This document shows positions 1 through 10,339 of a stretch of 63,792 nt of DNA, piece by piece (positions within the stretch are counted from its first letter, which is position 1; each line of letters begins with the position of its first letter). The stretch lies in assembly GCA_977017575.1 (NCBI GenBank), contig CDRNVI010000086.1, positions 1 through 63,792 on the forward strand. Reading direction: 5' to 3'. The notes under the pieces were generated by a model that did not search any database, was not told the origin of the DNA, and saw nothing but the letters and a program-made list of their open reading frames with translations. This DNA comes from Paramoeba atlantica (Eukaryota; Protista; Discosea). Position numbers and translations under genes: made by a program.

Positions 1-345
1 CTCAGACGGCGAGTTCAAACCCACTCATCGCAATATTCCCTGGCGGCCTCACTCTAAGAGGCTGGACTGATAACCGATTAGGCCCAGTACTCGGAGGACC
101 GTCCCGGACCCTCCCCTCAGGGAACCAGCTCCCTTACCCGGCTTACCCAAGAGGTGTGAGCCGGGTAAGGGAGCTGGTTCCCTGAGGGGAGGGTCCGGGA
201 CGGTCCTCCGAGTACTGGGCCTAGTCGGTTATCAGCCCAGCCTCTTAGAGTGAGGCCGCCAGGAATATTGCGATGAGCGGTTTTGAACTCGCCGCCTGAG
301 CACCATGTGCTTCAAACTTTGAATTCTTGCCACTCCGCCACCTCC
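1..345. mobile_element. SINE1 fold-back: + strand partial copy (1-146) fused to - strand partial copy (~147-345)
   Basis: 1-~144 is the reverse complement of ~157-300; the junction lies at SINE1's internal CGGCTTAC/GTAAGCCG inverted repeat; the tRNA-like head ends at 345. Confidence 0.85.
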
Positions 346-530
346 ACTGAGGCAGTGAACGCAGTGTAGATGCAGTGGCGCGTGAGAGAGCCAGTGACTG
401 CAGTGTAGATGCAGTGGCACGTGCGAGAGTAAGTGCACTGCCACGTGACTGCAGTAATGCAATGTATATGCAGGGGCAAGCTGCACACAAGGGTGGCGAG
501 CTGGCCATGTTGTGGAAGGGTGGCCAGCTG
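346..530 (+). repeat. Family Y minisatellites (CAGTG-rich ~50-bp units plus CCATGTTGTGGAAG units)
   Basis: Same unit types as 51975-52830 and, inverted, 25335-25910. Confidence 0.75.
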
Positions 531-538
531 GGAGATAG

Positions 539-756
539 CCCAGATTGAAAGGGGCGAGGGAGATACGAAGCAACAGGCGTTGCAGATTCCCACTGAAAAG
601 AAATGGTATCCCCCCGGAGTTACTTTACTCCGCACGAGTAAAGCCTTTGCGCGTGCTAGCTCGGAGACAAACTTCGTCCAGGGATATACCATTTCTTTTC
701 AGTGGGAATCCGCCACGCCTGTTGCTTCGTATCTCCCTCGCCCCTTTCAATCTGGG
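539..756. mobile_element. MITE-1 foldback element (~218 bp, ~75-bp TIRs)
   Basis: CCCAGATTGAAAGGGGCGAGGGGAGATAC... at left and ...GTATCTCCCTCGCCCCTTTCAATCTGGG at right; other copies at 12951, 25030, 60623. Confidence 0.85.
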
Positions 757-761
757 TTTCT

Positions 762-1009
762 ATAAGAACACCATTTTTATAATATGATTATAAAAATATT
801 GCGAATGCTTCCGGCGCGTGTAAGGAGACAGAGATGTTTGAAACTCTTACACGAACCAAGCGTGCTCGGGGGGTTCTTTTTCGCCCACCACAGCGGAGAG
901 GACCTGCTAAACTTCGCCAGAGGGTGACGCGAGCACTGATAAAGTCAGTTAGAGTCGGATCTCGGCTCCATGTGGTATGGAGGTACTTCACTAGTGAGAA
1001 TATGTTCTT
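762..1009 (+). mobile_element. 5' end fragment of LINE-h (5'UTR repeat and ORF start)
   Basis: Diverged copy of 31070-31345; the translation RGVLFRPPQRRGPAKLR..VGSRLHVVW aligns with the LINE-a N-terminus RGNLFLPKKRKWGVAKLR..PGKRSAVAW. Confidence 0.7.
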
Positions 1010-1739
1010 AGGTGCGGGGCGCATGCCGCACAAGAAGCACAATCCTGCAAAGTGCTCTGAGCACAAGAAGTGGCACGCATTTTCGACAGAAAATGTCCTT
1101 GAAACGGAAAACACATACCAGTGCAAACTGCTTGGGTGTTCCGAAACACCTCTTGAAAAAGAGGATATGGCCAAGCATGTAGCACAGCATTGCGAAGGAA
1201 TGCATTTATGTATTCCTTGCAATTACTTTGCTATCTTGCAAGATTTACCGCCAGTCATGGTGGATACGACTCGCGCGAATTCTCTGAAACACCGGGAAAT
1301 GGCGTATCTACATCCTAAACGGGGGTTTCACGTAAGTTTCTCCATTGGATCGTATGTGTGTGCACTCCACGCCATACGTAAGCAAAGTGTCAAACCTATG
1401 ATGCGACACATACTCAGTATGGGACACCCTTCACAGGTGCTCCCAACTGATACGAATGTTCCTCTGTGCGAAGTATGTACGTATTTCGCACAGATTCAAG
1501 GAACAACGGGTATTATCCCAGCAGATGAATACCATTTGGTATCAAGTGAGCATACACGTTATGTTCAAACAAAAGTCGACTGGATCGAATTCGCCCTCCA
1601 CTGCGAACAGAACAAGTTCAAGTGCACTTTGTGCGCCACCGAGCAAATGTTCACGTTTAAGGGGCTTCAAAAGCATTTTTACCGCCATCCGCGGCATGCT
1701 GAAGCTCGGGCTTTTTCGACTTCGAATCACACAAGCTGA
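834..1739 (+). CDS. 301-aa chimeric ORF: LINE N-terminal ~58 aa fused to a multi C2H2-like zinc-finger region
   Basis: Motifs CKLLGC..KHVAQH, CALH..RHILSMGH, CTLC..KHFYRHPRH; uninterrupted frame; internal MPHKKH resembles the Helitron ORF start MPKKRH. Confidence 0.55.
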   Translation: MFETLTRTKRARGVLFRPPQRRGPAKLRQRVTRALIKSVRVGSRLHVVWRYFTSENMFLGAGRMPHKKHNPAKCSEHKKWHAFSTENVLETENTYQCKLLGCSETPLEKEDMAKHVAQHCEGMHLCIPCNYFAILQDLPPVMVDTTRANSLKHREMAYLHPKRGFHVSFSIGSYVCALHAIRKQSVKPMMRHILSMGHPSQVLPTDTNVPLCEVCTYFAQIQGTTGIIPADEYHLVSSEHTRYVQTKVDWIEFALHCEQNKFKCTLCATEQMFTFKGLQKHFYRHPRHAEARAFSTSNHTS

Positions 1740-2022
1740 GAGTAACAGAGCTCATGCGATGATGAGCTGGAACGTGTGAATCAGTGCTCCACGCTAACAC
1801 TCACATCTTTTCAACTGATTGAGAATATTATCATCAATTCACACATTGTTTGTGATGAAACCCTCCAAAACGGTGGAAATAAAAGATGCTCTATTCAGAG
1901 ACATCATGATGGACATAACGTCGTTTGCGTTAAAGGCAATGGCGATTCTCTCGCCCTGGTATGTCTGACTTCTCCGGGAGATGGGTAGGGATAAAACCTC
2001 AGCTAGCACCAATGCCACAAAT

Positions 2023-2425
2023 GGAGGTGGCGGAGTAGGCCGAGGTGGCGGAGTGGCAAGATTTCAAAGTTTGAAGCACATGGTGCTCAGACGGCGAGTT
2101 CAAAACCGCTCATCTCAATATTCCTGGCGGCCTCACTCTAAGAGGCTGGGCTGATACCCGACTAGTCCCAGTACTCGGAGGACCGTCCCGGACCCTCCCC
2201 TCAGGCAACCAGCTCCCTTACCCGGCTCACACCTCTTGGGTAAGCCGTGTTGACGTACAGCTCGTCGACGCAGCGTGTTGGCAACAGCACGTTGGTGCCG
2301 CCTTGGACAAGCGGAAACTGGTAGAGGACGTCGGTCTCGGAACTTCCAAATCTGTCTGTGAAGGTTCTGGCTTGCCAGTGACCATCCGGAGCAATCCGGA
2401 ATGATTTGGATATTTTTTTTTTGGA
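2023..2425 (+). mobile_element. SINE1, full length
   Basis: A-box TGGCGGAGTGG, B-box GAGTTCAAA, structured body, TCCGGA-GCAA-TCCGGA 3' hairpin, T-rich/TTGGA tail. Confidence 0.9.
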
Positions 2426-2501
2426 CCTCCGCCCTCTCCACCACCTCCAACCACCGTATTGCCGTACGGTGTTTTGACTATACAGTGACATGCCTATACA
2501 C

Positions 2502-2883
2502 GGAGGAGGAGTGGAAAGAACTCAAAGTTTGAAGAAAATGGTGCTCAGACGGCGAGTTCAAACCCGCTCATCGCAATATTCCCGGCGGCCTCACTCTAAG
2601 AGGCTGGGCTGATAACCGACTAGGCCCAGTACTCGGAGGACCGTCCCGGACCCTCCCCTCAGGGAACCAGCTCCATTACCCGGCTTACACCTCTTGGGTA
2701 AGCCGTGTTGACATAAAGTTCGTCGACGCATCGTGTTGGCAACATCACGTTGGTGCCGCCTTGGACAAGCGGAAACTGGTAGAGGACGTCGGCCTTGGAA
2801 CTTCCAAATCTGTCTGTGAAGGGTCTGGCTTGCCAGTGACCATCCGGAGCAATCCGGAATGATTTGGATTTTTTTTTTTTGGA
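2502..2883 (+). mobile_element. SINE1, full length
   Basis: Near-identical to 2023-2425. Confidence 0.9.
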
Positions 2884-3229
2884 TCGGAGTATTGCTTCGA
2901 GGAGTCCAGCCATCGGATGCGTTACTTTACAAGGAAGTTATTGAGGGAGATACTAATCCCTCGCTACCGTAGGTTAATTCGCCGTGCCCGATTTCGTTCC
3001 CGATTTCGAAGACCGTAATACTTCGTACTCCGGAAGAGGCTCAAGTTTTTGTCGGAGATTGTCGCAAAGCTTTTGCCAGTGTTCTCGATCCTGGGAGTAA
3101 ACAAGAGCTTGTTCGAGCGTAATACCTAGATCGTTAAACTTGCCTCACTGGGGGAAATACTTTGTGTTCTCTCTTTAGTATTCCATTGAACAAGCTCGCG
3201 AAAAGCGGTCGAGTGCCTCAGCATGTGGC

Positions 3230-3590
3230 CAAAGTTTGAAGCACATGGTGCTCAGACGGCGAGTTCAAACCCACTCATCGCAATATTCCTGGCGGCCTCA
3301 TCCAAAAGAGGCTCGGCTGAGAACCGACTAGGCCCAGTACTCGGAGGACCGTCCCGGACCCTCCCCTCAGGGAACCAGCTCCCTTACCCGGCTTACACCT
3401 CTTGGGTAAGCCGTGTTGGCGTACAGTTCGTCGACGCAGCGTGTTGGTAACAGCACGTTGGTGCCGCCTTGGAAAAGCGGAAACTGGTAGAGGACGTCGG
3501 CCTCGGAACTTCCAAATCTGTCTGTGAAGGGTCTGGCTTGCCAGTGACCATCCGGAGCAATCCGGAATGATTTGAATTTTTTGGATTGGA
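3230..3590 (+). mobile_element. SINE1 with clipped head
   Basis: Matches the SINE1 consensus from AAAGTTTGAAGCAC to the tail. Confidence 0.9.
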
Positions 3591-3626
3591 GTGGGGACGC
3601 CAGGAATATTGCGATGAGCAGGTTTG

Positions 3627-3819
3627 ATCCAAAAAATAATAATCCAAATCATTCCGGATTGCTCCGGATGGTCACTGGCAAGGGGGACCCTTCACAGATA
3701 GATTTGGAAGTTCCGAGGCCGACGTCCTCTACCAATTTTCCGCTTGCCCAAGGCGGCACCAACGTGCTGTTGCCAACACTGCGTCGACGAACTGTACGTC
3801 AACACGTCTCACCCAAGAA
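3627..3819 (-). mobile_element. SINE1 3' half
   Basis: Reverse complement of the SINE1 tail and body; ends at the poly(A) of a CRE 3' end. Confidence 0.85.
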
Positions 3820-3821
3820 GT

Positions 3822-4030
3822 TTTTTTTTTTTTTGCAATAAATAGGGGGGGAAGAGTAGGAGTTTATAGCAATAATAATAAAAAGAAGCAATTCATGCCC
3901 AATCCATCTGCGCGTTCCGGGCCGGGTCTTTCGACCACTCCTCGGCCTGACTTGTGAACCCTTCCCTTGTTATATGGGAGGGCGCAGGCGCGGGCTTGTG
4001 CCGACAGCGGCACGGTCACGAAACAGGACT
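3822..4030 (-). mobile_element. Extra 3' UTR/poly(A) end of a CRE-2-family element
   Basis: Poly-T then GCAATAAATAGGGGGG; 3899-4022 is a diverged copy of 4665-4811. Confidence 0.6.
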
Positions 4031-4278
4031 TTTTTTTTTTGCAATTAATACGGGGGGAGAAGTATAAAATGCGGCATTGCATCTATATTTTGACCCAGTA
4101 GACGAACCAAGTAGGTCCATTGGGGGGGCGGTATATGATTTATAAACAAGCAATCAAATTAGCAATTTCACTTGTTGTAGCCCAAAACTAGCAATTCAAC
4201 CTGCCTTAAGTTATTTATGATTCTGATAACAATAATAATAAAAATCAGAAGGAAGCAATCCAGGCCCAATCCTTCTCA

Positions 4279-4600
4279 CCTTCCCAGACGGCACTCGACG
4301 CCTTGCAGCCCGAGCACGGCTACCCAACCGTAGTTACCAGGACGGGCGTCCAACCCCGCATCGTGTAGTGTCTCAAGCCTTCTTTGCGTAAGCAGCTCGC
4401 AATTTAGGGGCTGCGCTGGAGCCTGGTTCAGTTCGGAGGTTCCGGGTCGGTCCTCCAGGGGAGCGGAGTTGGGTTTGGGCCTTGAAGGCACTCCTGATCG
4501 CTTTCCCTTTGTAGTGAGGCCGCCAGGTTGCGAGTTTTGTCGATAGCGGGAATCGGACCAACAACCTGCAGGTTGTAAGGCCCACCGTCTACCAACTACC
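4279..4600 (-). mobile_element. SINE2 (tRNA-Val(TAC)-like head), 3'-truncated
   Basis: Minus strand TAGTTGGTAGACGG..CTTACAA..GGTCCGATTCCCGC; body matches 42961-43350. Confidence 0.85.
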
Positions 4601-5135
4601 CCCAATCAACCATCCGCGCCTTCCAAACTTTGCCCTCCTCTTTCCCTCACTCCCCCCCAAAAATCCATCCGCGCGTGCTCCACTCCTTCTTCCAACAGTG
4701 CGCGCTTCGGACCGGATCTCTAGACCTCTCCATGGCCTGGCTTGGGAACCCTTCCCTTGTTATAAGGGAGGGCGCAGGCGCGGGCATGTGCCGACAGCGG
4801 CACGGTCACGAAGTTGGTTTTTGATCGCCGGACTCGGATGAATGTTCCGAACCCGTACCTATCTCACATTGGGGTACCTTGCTCGTGAAAGCGAGGCGTG
4901 AGGATAGGCACTGTCGGCTCGATCGGCCTCGGGCCGCTCTGGAGGCTACTCCTCCAGCGTTGCTATGGGGTCTTCGGAAGGTGAACGAGCAACCATCATG
5001 CGCGCTTGAAAGCGCATAAGGTGTGTTTAGTTCAGCGGAGATTCGGCTCGTTGCCTCACCTTCCGAAAGTAGACCCCCCGAGGCGTGCGAACACCTCTCA
5101 CCGACTTTGCGGAGCACGGCTGAAGCGCTGGGGCT

Positions 5136-5828
5136 CTAGGCGCCATAACTTTCGACCATCATGGCCGTAAAGTCGCATCCTGCTTCTATGGCTTCTCGGC
5201 GCTGCTTGCACTTGCCCATTGAGGAATAATGTTCGGCAAATGACCCCGCGGCAACCCAGCTAGCGTTTCGGACTTTGTCCGTATATTTTAATTGCTGAGC
5301 ATGGGTGACCGCGAAGTCAAGCACAATGGGATTTCCAAGAAAAAGGCTGGGCAAGTATATGTTGCCAGGTCTGGTGAGGGCCCAACCTGGGCCCCTGTTC
5401 CCGAGACTCTTTTCTCGTTGAGGGGCGAGGCGGTCTCGACTGCACACGTCCGCGAACTGGTCCGTAACAGCGTTGCGCCTGGTCACAATACCATGGCCAT
5501 GTTTGCAAGACAGTGCATGATCCCCTTTGCTGTCAAGGGGGAGCGAGCATTTCGGCATGGGGAACGTGCTATCTTCATGGTGGATGTCCACGCCTAACCA
5601 CCAACGGGCCAAAGTTCGGAATTGTGTGGGGGTAAAGGCGTGCCCAAGGTCTTTCAAAGGAGTCACAAAGGCCCAGCTGCTCGCTCCCGTGCCACACTGG
5701 GAGATCCACCTTGCACTGGTTCGTGCGTCAGTTGTCTCATATTCCTGGGAAAAGGCATGGGCTGCAATAGCATAACTGATTACCCGCTGGCTCGGGGTCT
5801 TCCCTTTGGGCCACTGTGGGGGTAACAT
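5136..5828 (-). pseudogene. CRE-2 C-terminal CCHC zinc knuckle and restriction-like endonuclease
   Basis: RWWLG..PKC..DSKGDHALSC..RPGN..LDFAVT..GKCKQ..VESYG; frameshifted at both ends. Confidence 0.8.
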
Positions 5829-6299
5829 TTCCTGGCATTCTTCAGAACCGTAGAGGGGAGTCGAGAGTCGGTAGGCATCCGTGGGTGTGTTGGCCGAGCG
5901 GGAAGTCGTACGAAGAACATGTCCCGGAGGCTCGTCCTGGGGGGGAGGATCATTCCCTGGCGGAGGGTGCCTTCTCTTCCGGTAGGAGTACGGCGCGCTC
6001 AGGGCCTTCTCGCATGGGGCGTTGGGAGTTGTGAGAACACGACCCCTGGGATCGAGGAGAGCAGTGCCGGCCGTCTGATTGATGTCGAGGACGGCCTCCG
6101 AGAAACCTTCAGCGTCTTCGGGATCCCAGGAATCTTTGTCAGAGGCAAAGGCGACGGATGCAACGTAAGCCGCGGAAGCGTGGAGAGCTTCGGATCTCAG
6201 ACCTAATCCCCCATGGCGCTTCAGTCGCTGTGCTTGAGATTGTGCTGACCTGTACAGAGGACAGATGATTGCCTCTTTTGAGACTAGGTATTGACGTCC

Positions 6300-9200
6300 T
6301 GCATCCCTAACGTTTGTTCAAAATTTCCATTGTACAATTCTTTTTTGACCTTCTTGATTGTTTTGTGCACCAATTATTTAATGTTAGTGTTTTCTGAAGA
6401 ACTTTATGATCCAATAGTACCTTGACAATGGAATTTGGAGTATGCCAGACGCGTAAGTTTAAACTTTAATATAATAAAATAAAATATCATTTCTTCTTTC
6501 AGTTAATGAAAATTCGTAACCAATTCGTAATCTTTACGGATTCTTTACGATTGCAGTGAACCCAGCCACGATGCTCAGGGTAGATAGTCGCGCAGTTGCG
6601 CAACTATTGTATATGCATTAAGCTTTTCAATCTCAAGTTGAAAAGCTTCTAGTACTTCAGGGACTTAAAGTTCGGCTTTCTTTGCTAGACAGGAAAGGAG
6701 ATTTTTCGTATGGCTGTGTAAGAAACCGCCTTCTGTCATGGAGATGCAGCGAAAAAAGTCTTCATTAATCCCCTCTTCTCAACGTATTTCTTCTGCTTTC
6801 TCTCAATAGCATTTTGCAGGAGCTGAGCTTCTGTCATTTTTCGATAGCTCGGGCTACCGGTGCGGACAACTGTGAGGTCGTAAAGTACTTCACCCGTATG
6901 GGGCCACATAATTCCGAGGTCGGGGCCTGACCTTATTCTTCGTGCGCGGCACGGATGGTTATCAATCGCATCAGCGGAGACGTGTGCCTTGCACTTGATA
7001 GAAGGATGAATAAGTGCGAGGTTCTATGACGGACTGGAGGCCTGCTTTTGAGCAAAGTTCGGCTAGAAAGCGCACTAGAGATGAGTGTTTTCGTGTAGCG
7101 TTCATTCCAGAACACTTTGTACAACCCACAATGTGGTGAAGGATTTCCTCTGATTTTATCTGAGCAGCGCATCCAGGGCAACTCACTTGATCCGGCAACG
7201 AAGGCGGTTTGATGCCTAATCTAAACATGATAGCGTATCTGAAAAGGTAAGGATTAACGTATCCGCTAGTTGAAGGAAGATGTCGAAAGGCAGTCGTTCT
7301 GCGTTTTAGTATGGAGTCTATTCTGCTATCCTTACGTAACTCGGTGGCTAATAGTTTTTGTTCTGTCTTCATAGCTTTTGATGCTTGAATTCTGGCTGTC
7401 TGATGCTTGGCTGTGCGGCTTGAGCTTCCATTATCATCGGGAATGCCTCCTTTCGATTTGCGCAAAACTACCGGAGCTTTATTGGATAGTGTTCGCTCAT
7501 CAATCGATTTGCGCGCGGTGTCGAAAAAGAAACGATGTCTTAATGTTGACGGTGTCAAACCAAGTCCTCCTAGGTGTTGTGGGAGTGACGATAGCTTGAT
7601 CAGCAAATAGGATTGATCAGAGATAGGATCAGCAAAGAACCAGTGCGACACAATATCATTAACTTGTTCATCAAATTTTTGGGCCATAAGAAGCGAGTCT
7701 TCTGGACGGTGTACACTCAGGTGATAATCATGACGTGGGAGCGCACAGCGTTGCAGTACAGCCAGTGAAATGTTGCTGGGCCCCATTCGACGAAGCCTAC
7801 GGAACAGGCATTGGGGCTTCTTTAGTTTTTTGACCAGAAGTGAGCTGACCTCTTGGTGATCCCCGATGTGGGCTCCAAGGATTTTGATTGTCTTGTCAGA
7901 ATGCGTGACGCCTAGGGAGCGAAGAGCATCAGGATGGCTGTTCCGATTCTTACTGCTCTCAGCGTTGAACCATTCTGATTTTGAATAATTTATGTGCAGG
8001 CCAAGGTCAGTGGATAGCTCTCTGAGATGTAAGAACGCGGCTTCCAGTGAGATGCGATTTTTTGAGGACAATGTAACGTCACCCATGGTCCGAGGGATTT
8101 CCGTATTCGCAATAAAACATGCGCATAAACGGCTTGAAAACTTTGTGTGCCTGCAGGGATTGAGCAATTGCTGAGAGCTGTGCAGTGTTATATGCGTTGG
8201 TGTAATCTACCGAAAGAATAGTGTGCCCGTTGCTGTAGTCATCAAGAAGCTCGTGAACGATTCCTTCACATGCATTTTTTTCTAAGACACCACGTTGCAT
8301 AGGGTGGAAGAACCTTTTCAACGAGTCTTCATGACGTTGCAGCAGGATTGAGCCACTTATTTTGAGCTTTCAAACAAACAAGCGAAAGCTAACAACGCCA
8401 GACCTACGAAACCCGAGCGGACCGAGGAAGTATCGCGGAGTAGCAGACGGAAGAAAATAGAAACTAGCGACGAAGTTCGTCTCGCAAAGTAGATCGAAGG
8501 AAAATATGCCCGTCACCTGAGCAGGAATGCTCTGAGGACGCAAAAGATGGTGTAGAATAGTAGAGCGATAACTGATAAGTAAGGTCAAATGCGTCTTCTC
8601 TTTCAATTTGAGTGTTTTATGAGAGTATGAATATATTCAGTGTTTCAACCGATTTATCAGTCATATAAGATAAGATAAGATATTTTGAGCATTGTGTCAC
8701 CCATCGCTATCGGTCTTACCCCGTTATTCGGCTTTTCTAAGGCGATGATTCTACAACGTGTCAGACGGTTGCGAACTGATGTGCTTATTTCTCCGTTGAT
8801 GACATCTCTAATCATGTGGCACAAACCTGAACAACATTCCACGTCATCAGCCAGTAAGCGGAGGATGTTTTCGCTCAATCCCGTTGGGCCTGGGGTTCTC
8901 CATGCGCGAGTTTGTTTACCGCTGAGCGAACCTCGTCCATCTCGATTACGCCAGCCCGTGGGTATTCTACTGATGACGCAGGTGGTGGATCACCTGTGGG
9001 ATGAAGGTCTTTCAATTTTCGCACTTTTTCGTCCACACTGAGTTGGGAGTCTACAGAAACGTTGTCCAGGACTCTGGTTGCTTTACTTAAATTTCCTGCA
9101 CGAGCTGCATGGAGAGTATTGAGTTGCGTATTGAGTTGCGTATTGAGCGGCGGTCAACTTCGAGCTCCTTTACCTCCTCTTTGGATAAAAATACATTTTC

Positions 9201-9750
9201 CTTGGCATTGGCGCTCTTATGGCTATGCGGGATGCTGTCCCGTCTTTGGATAGCTTTCCGCACGCTTACTAGTGAGTCTCGTGGGGCGTTGAGGAATTTT
9301 TGCCATAATTTATCTTTTTCTGAGGATAGTTTAAGTCTCGGATAGTCTCTTATAATCGAACGGAAAATAGCTACCACATGCACAGAAAACGTCGGATCGA
9401 TCTGGGAGAAAGAAGGCAAAGGCTCTAGGTCACACCCGTGATCTGTGTCGTCCGCATCTTCTGACGCGCATATCGTCGTTGAAACTTCACAATCTGGAAC
9501 ACGGCTTAGATGAGTTGCTCGGATGCCGAAAACCTTGATTTTCGTCGACTGGGGAAGATAAAGATTTCCAGAGGGCCCGGCTTCGTCAGGGGCTGGATGG
9601 TACGAAATTTTGATGTTCAACGCTTTCTTTCGCAGTTTTCTGGAAACAACTTCACCAATCGATTCGTAGATTCGATTCTGAGAGTTTCGAAAACACCACC
9701 GTACTGCACACGTCGTTCCTTTACCCCAATCCGAGATTTTCCGAAGAACG
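6300..9750 (-). mobile_element. CRE-1 (second CRE-clade family), degraded, lying between the two halves of CRE-2
   Basis: RT motifs TPGPTGL, ALEKPNNGVRPIAMGD, VDYTNAYN, LHINYSKS, ILGAHIG, LGGLGL; CPGC..HIVGC; RLE GPDLGIMW..YDLTV..KQKKY (~6930-6790); frameshifts; internal deletion removes the QG and most of the YxDD segment. Confidence 0.85.
8368..8680 (+). mobile_element. LINE-f 5'-truncated 3' end with (TAAGA)3 tail inserted in the CRE-1 RT
   Basis: 10-bp TSD TATTTTGAGC at 8358-8367 and 8681-8690; removing it restores in-frame GDTMLKISGSILLQRHEDSLKRFFHPMQ. Confidence 0.8.
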
Positions 9751-9789
9751 TGGTCGGGAGCTCAAATCCGTGGTCGGGAGCTATGGGCG

Positions 9790-10250
9790 AGTTTCCTGAC
9801 GACATGGCCAGGCGACACATGTGAATGACTCTTTCGGCCCCGGATGGCGCTGCCACTCCGTACTGCTTGCCTTCAAAGAGCTCGCTCGCTTTGGGTCGGA
9901 TTGCGTTGCATACGGCTTTGCTCGCTAATCGCCGAAGGGTTTCACCGGCAGCGATCGGACGAACATCATTTTCGCCCTCTGATAGGGCGCATAAACGCGC
10001 CCCTGCAAAGTGCGCCTGTACTTCAGAGGGTGCTCTGAAGTACCCAGCTCTGGGTGTTCCCAGATAGGAGGCGATTTTAGCTTTGTGAGGGATCGGAGAA
10101 AGTCACTTCCGTGTACGAGCAGTGCTGCCTGTAGGTGCTCTGTAGGTGCCTGTAGGTGCTCTGGGCCCTGTAGGTGCTCTGGGCGTAAGCCCATAGTGCC
10201 GGCAGAGGATCTGCGTCGCGCGAGCGACCCCTGATAAATAGGGGGAAGGC
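9790..10250 (-). pseudogene. CRE-2 reverse transcriptase domains 0-2
   Basis: GLRPEHL..FAGARLCAL..DVRPIAAGETLRRLASKAVC..QYGVAAPSGAERVIH. Confidence 0.8.
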
Positions 10251-10339
10251 TGTAGTTGTTTTGGGGGAAATGAGAGGCCGGACGCACGGATGGGTCGGCC
10301 GGGCCAATGAGCCAATAATATCTACACTAAAATTGAGAA

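Larger units (their letters stand above)
4031..6250 (-). mobile_element. CRE-2 (CRE-clade RLE non-LTR retrotransposon): post-RT region, CCHC, RLE, 3'UTR and poly(A)
   Basis: HGGLGLRSEALHASAAYVAS (~6210-6150), DSKGDHALSC, TRPGNIYL..VLDFAVTH, VESYGA; poly-T at 4031-4040 on +. Confidence 0.85.

Noticed and set aside
1776-1988. OTU-like motif VVCVKGNGDSL downstream of the zinc-finger ORF
   Set aside because: The catalytic Cys of the DGNC motif is absent and the similarity is too short
2133-3841. Recurring short ORFs such as FRIAPDGHWQARPFTDRFG
   Set aside because: Antisense or incidental frames of SINE1; start, stop and frame vary between copies
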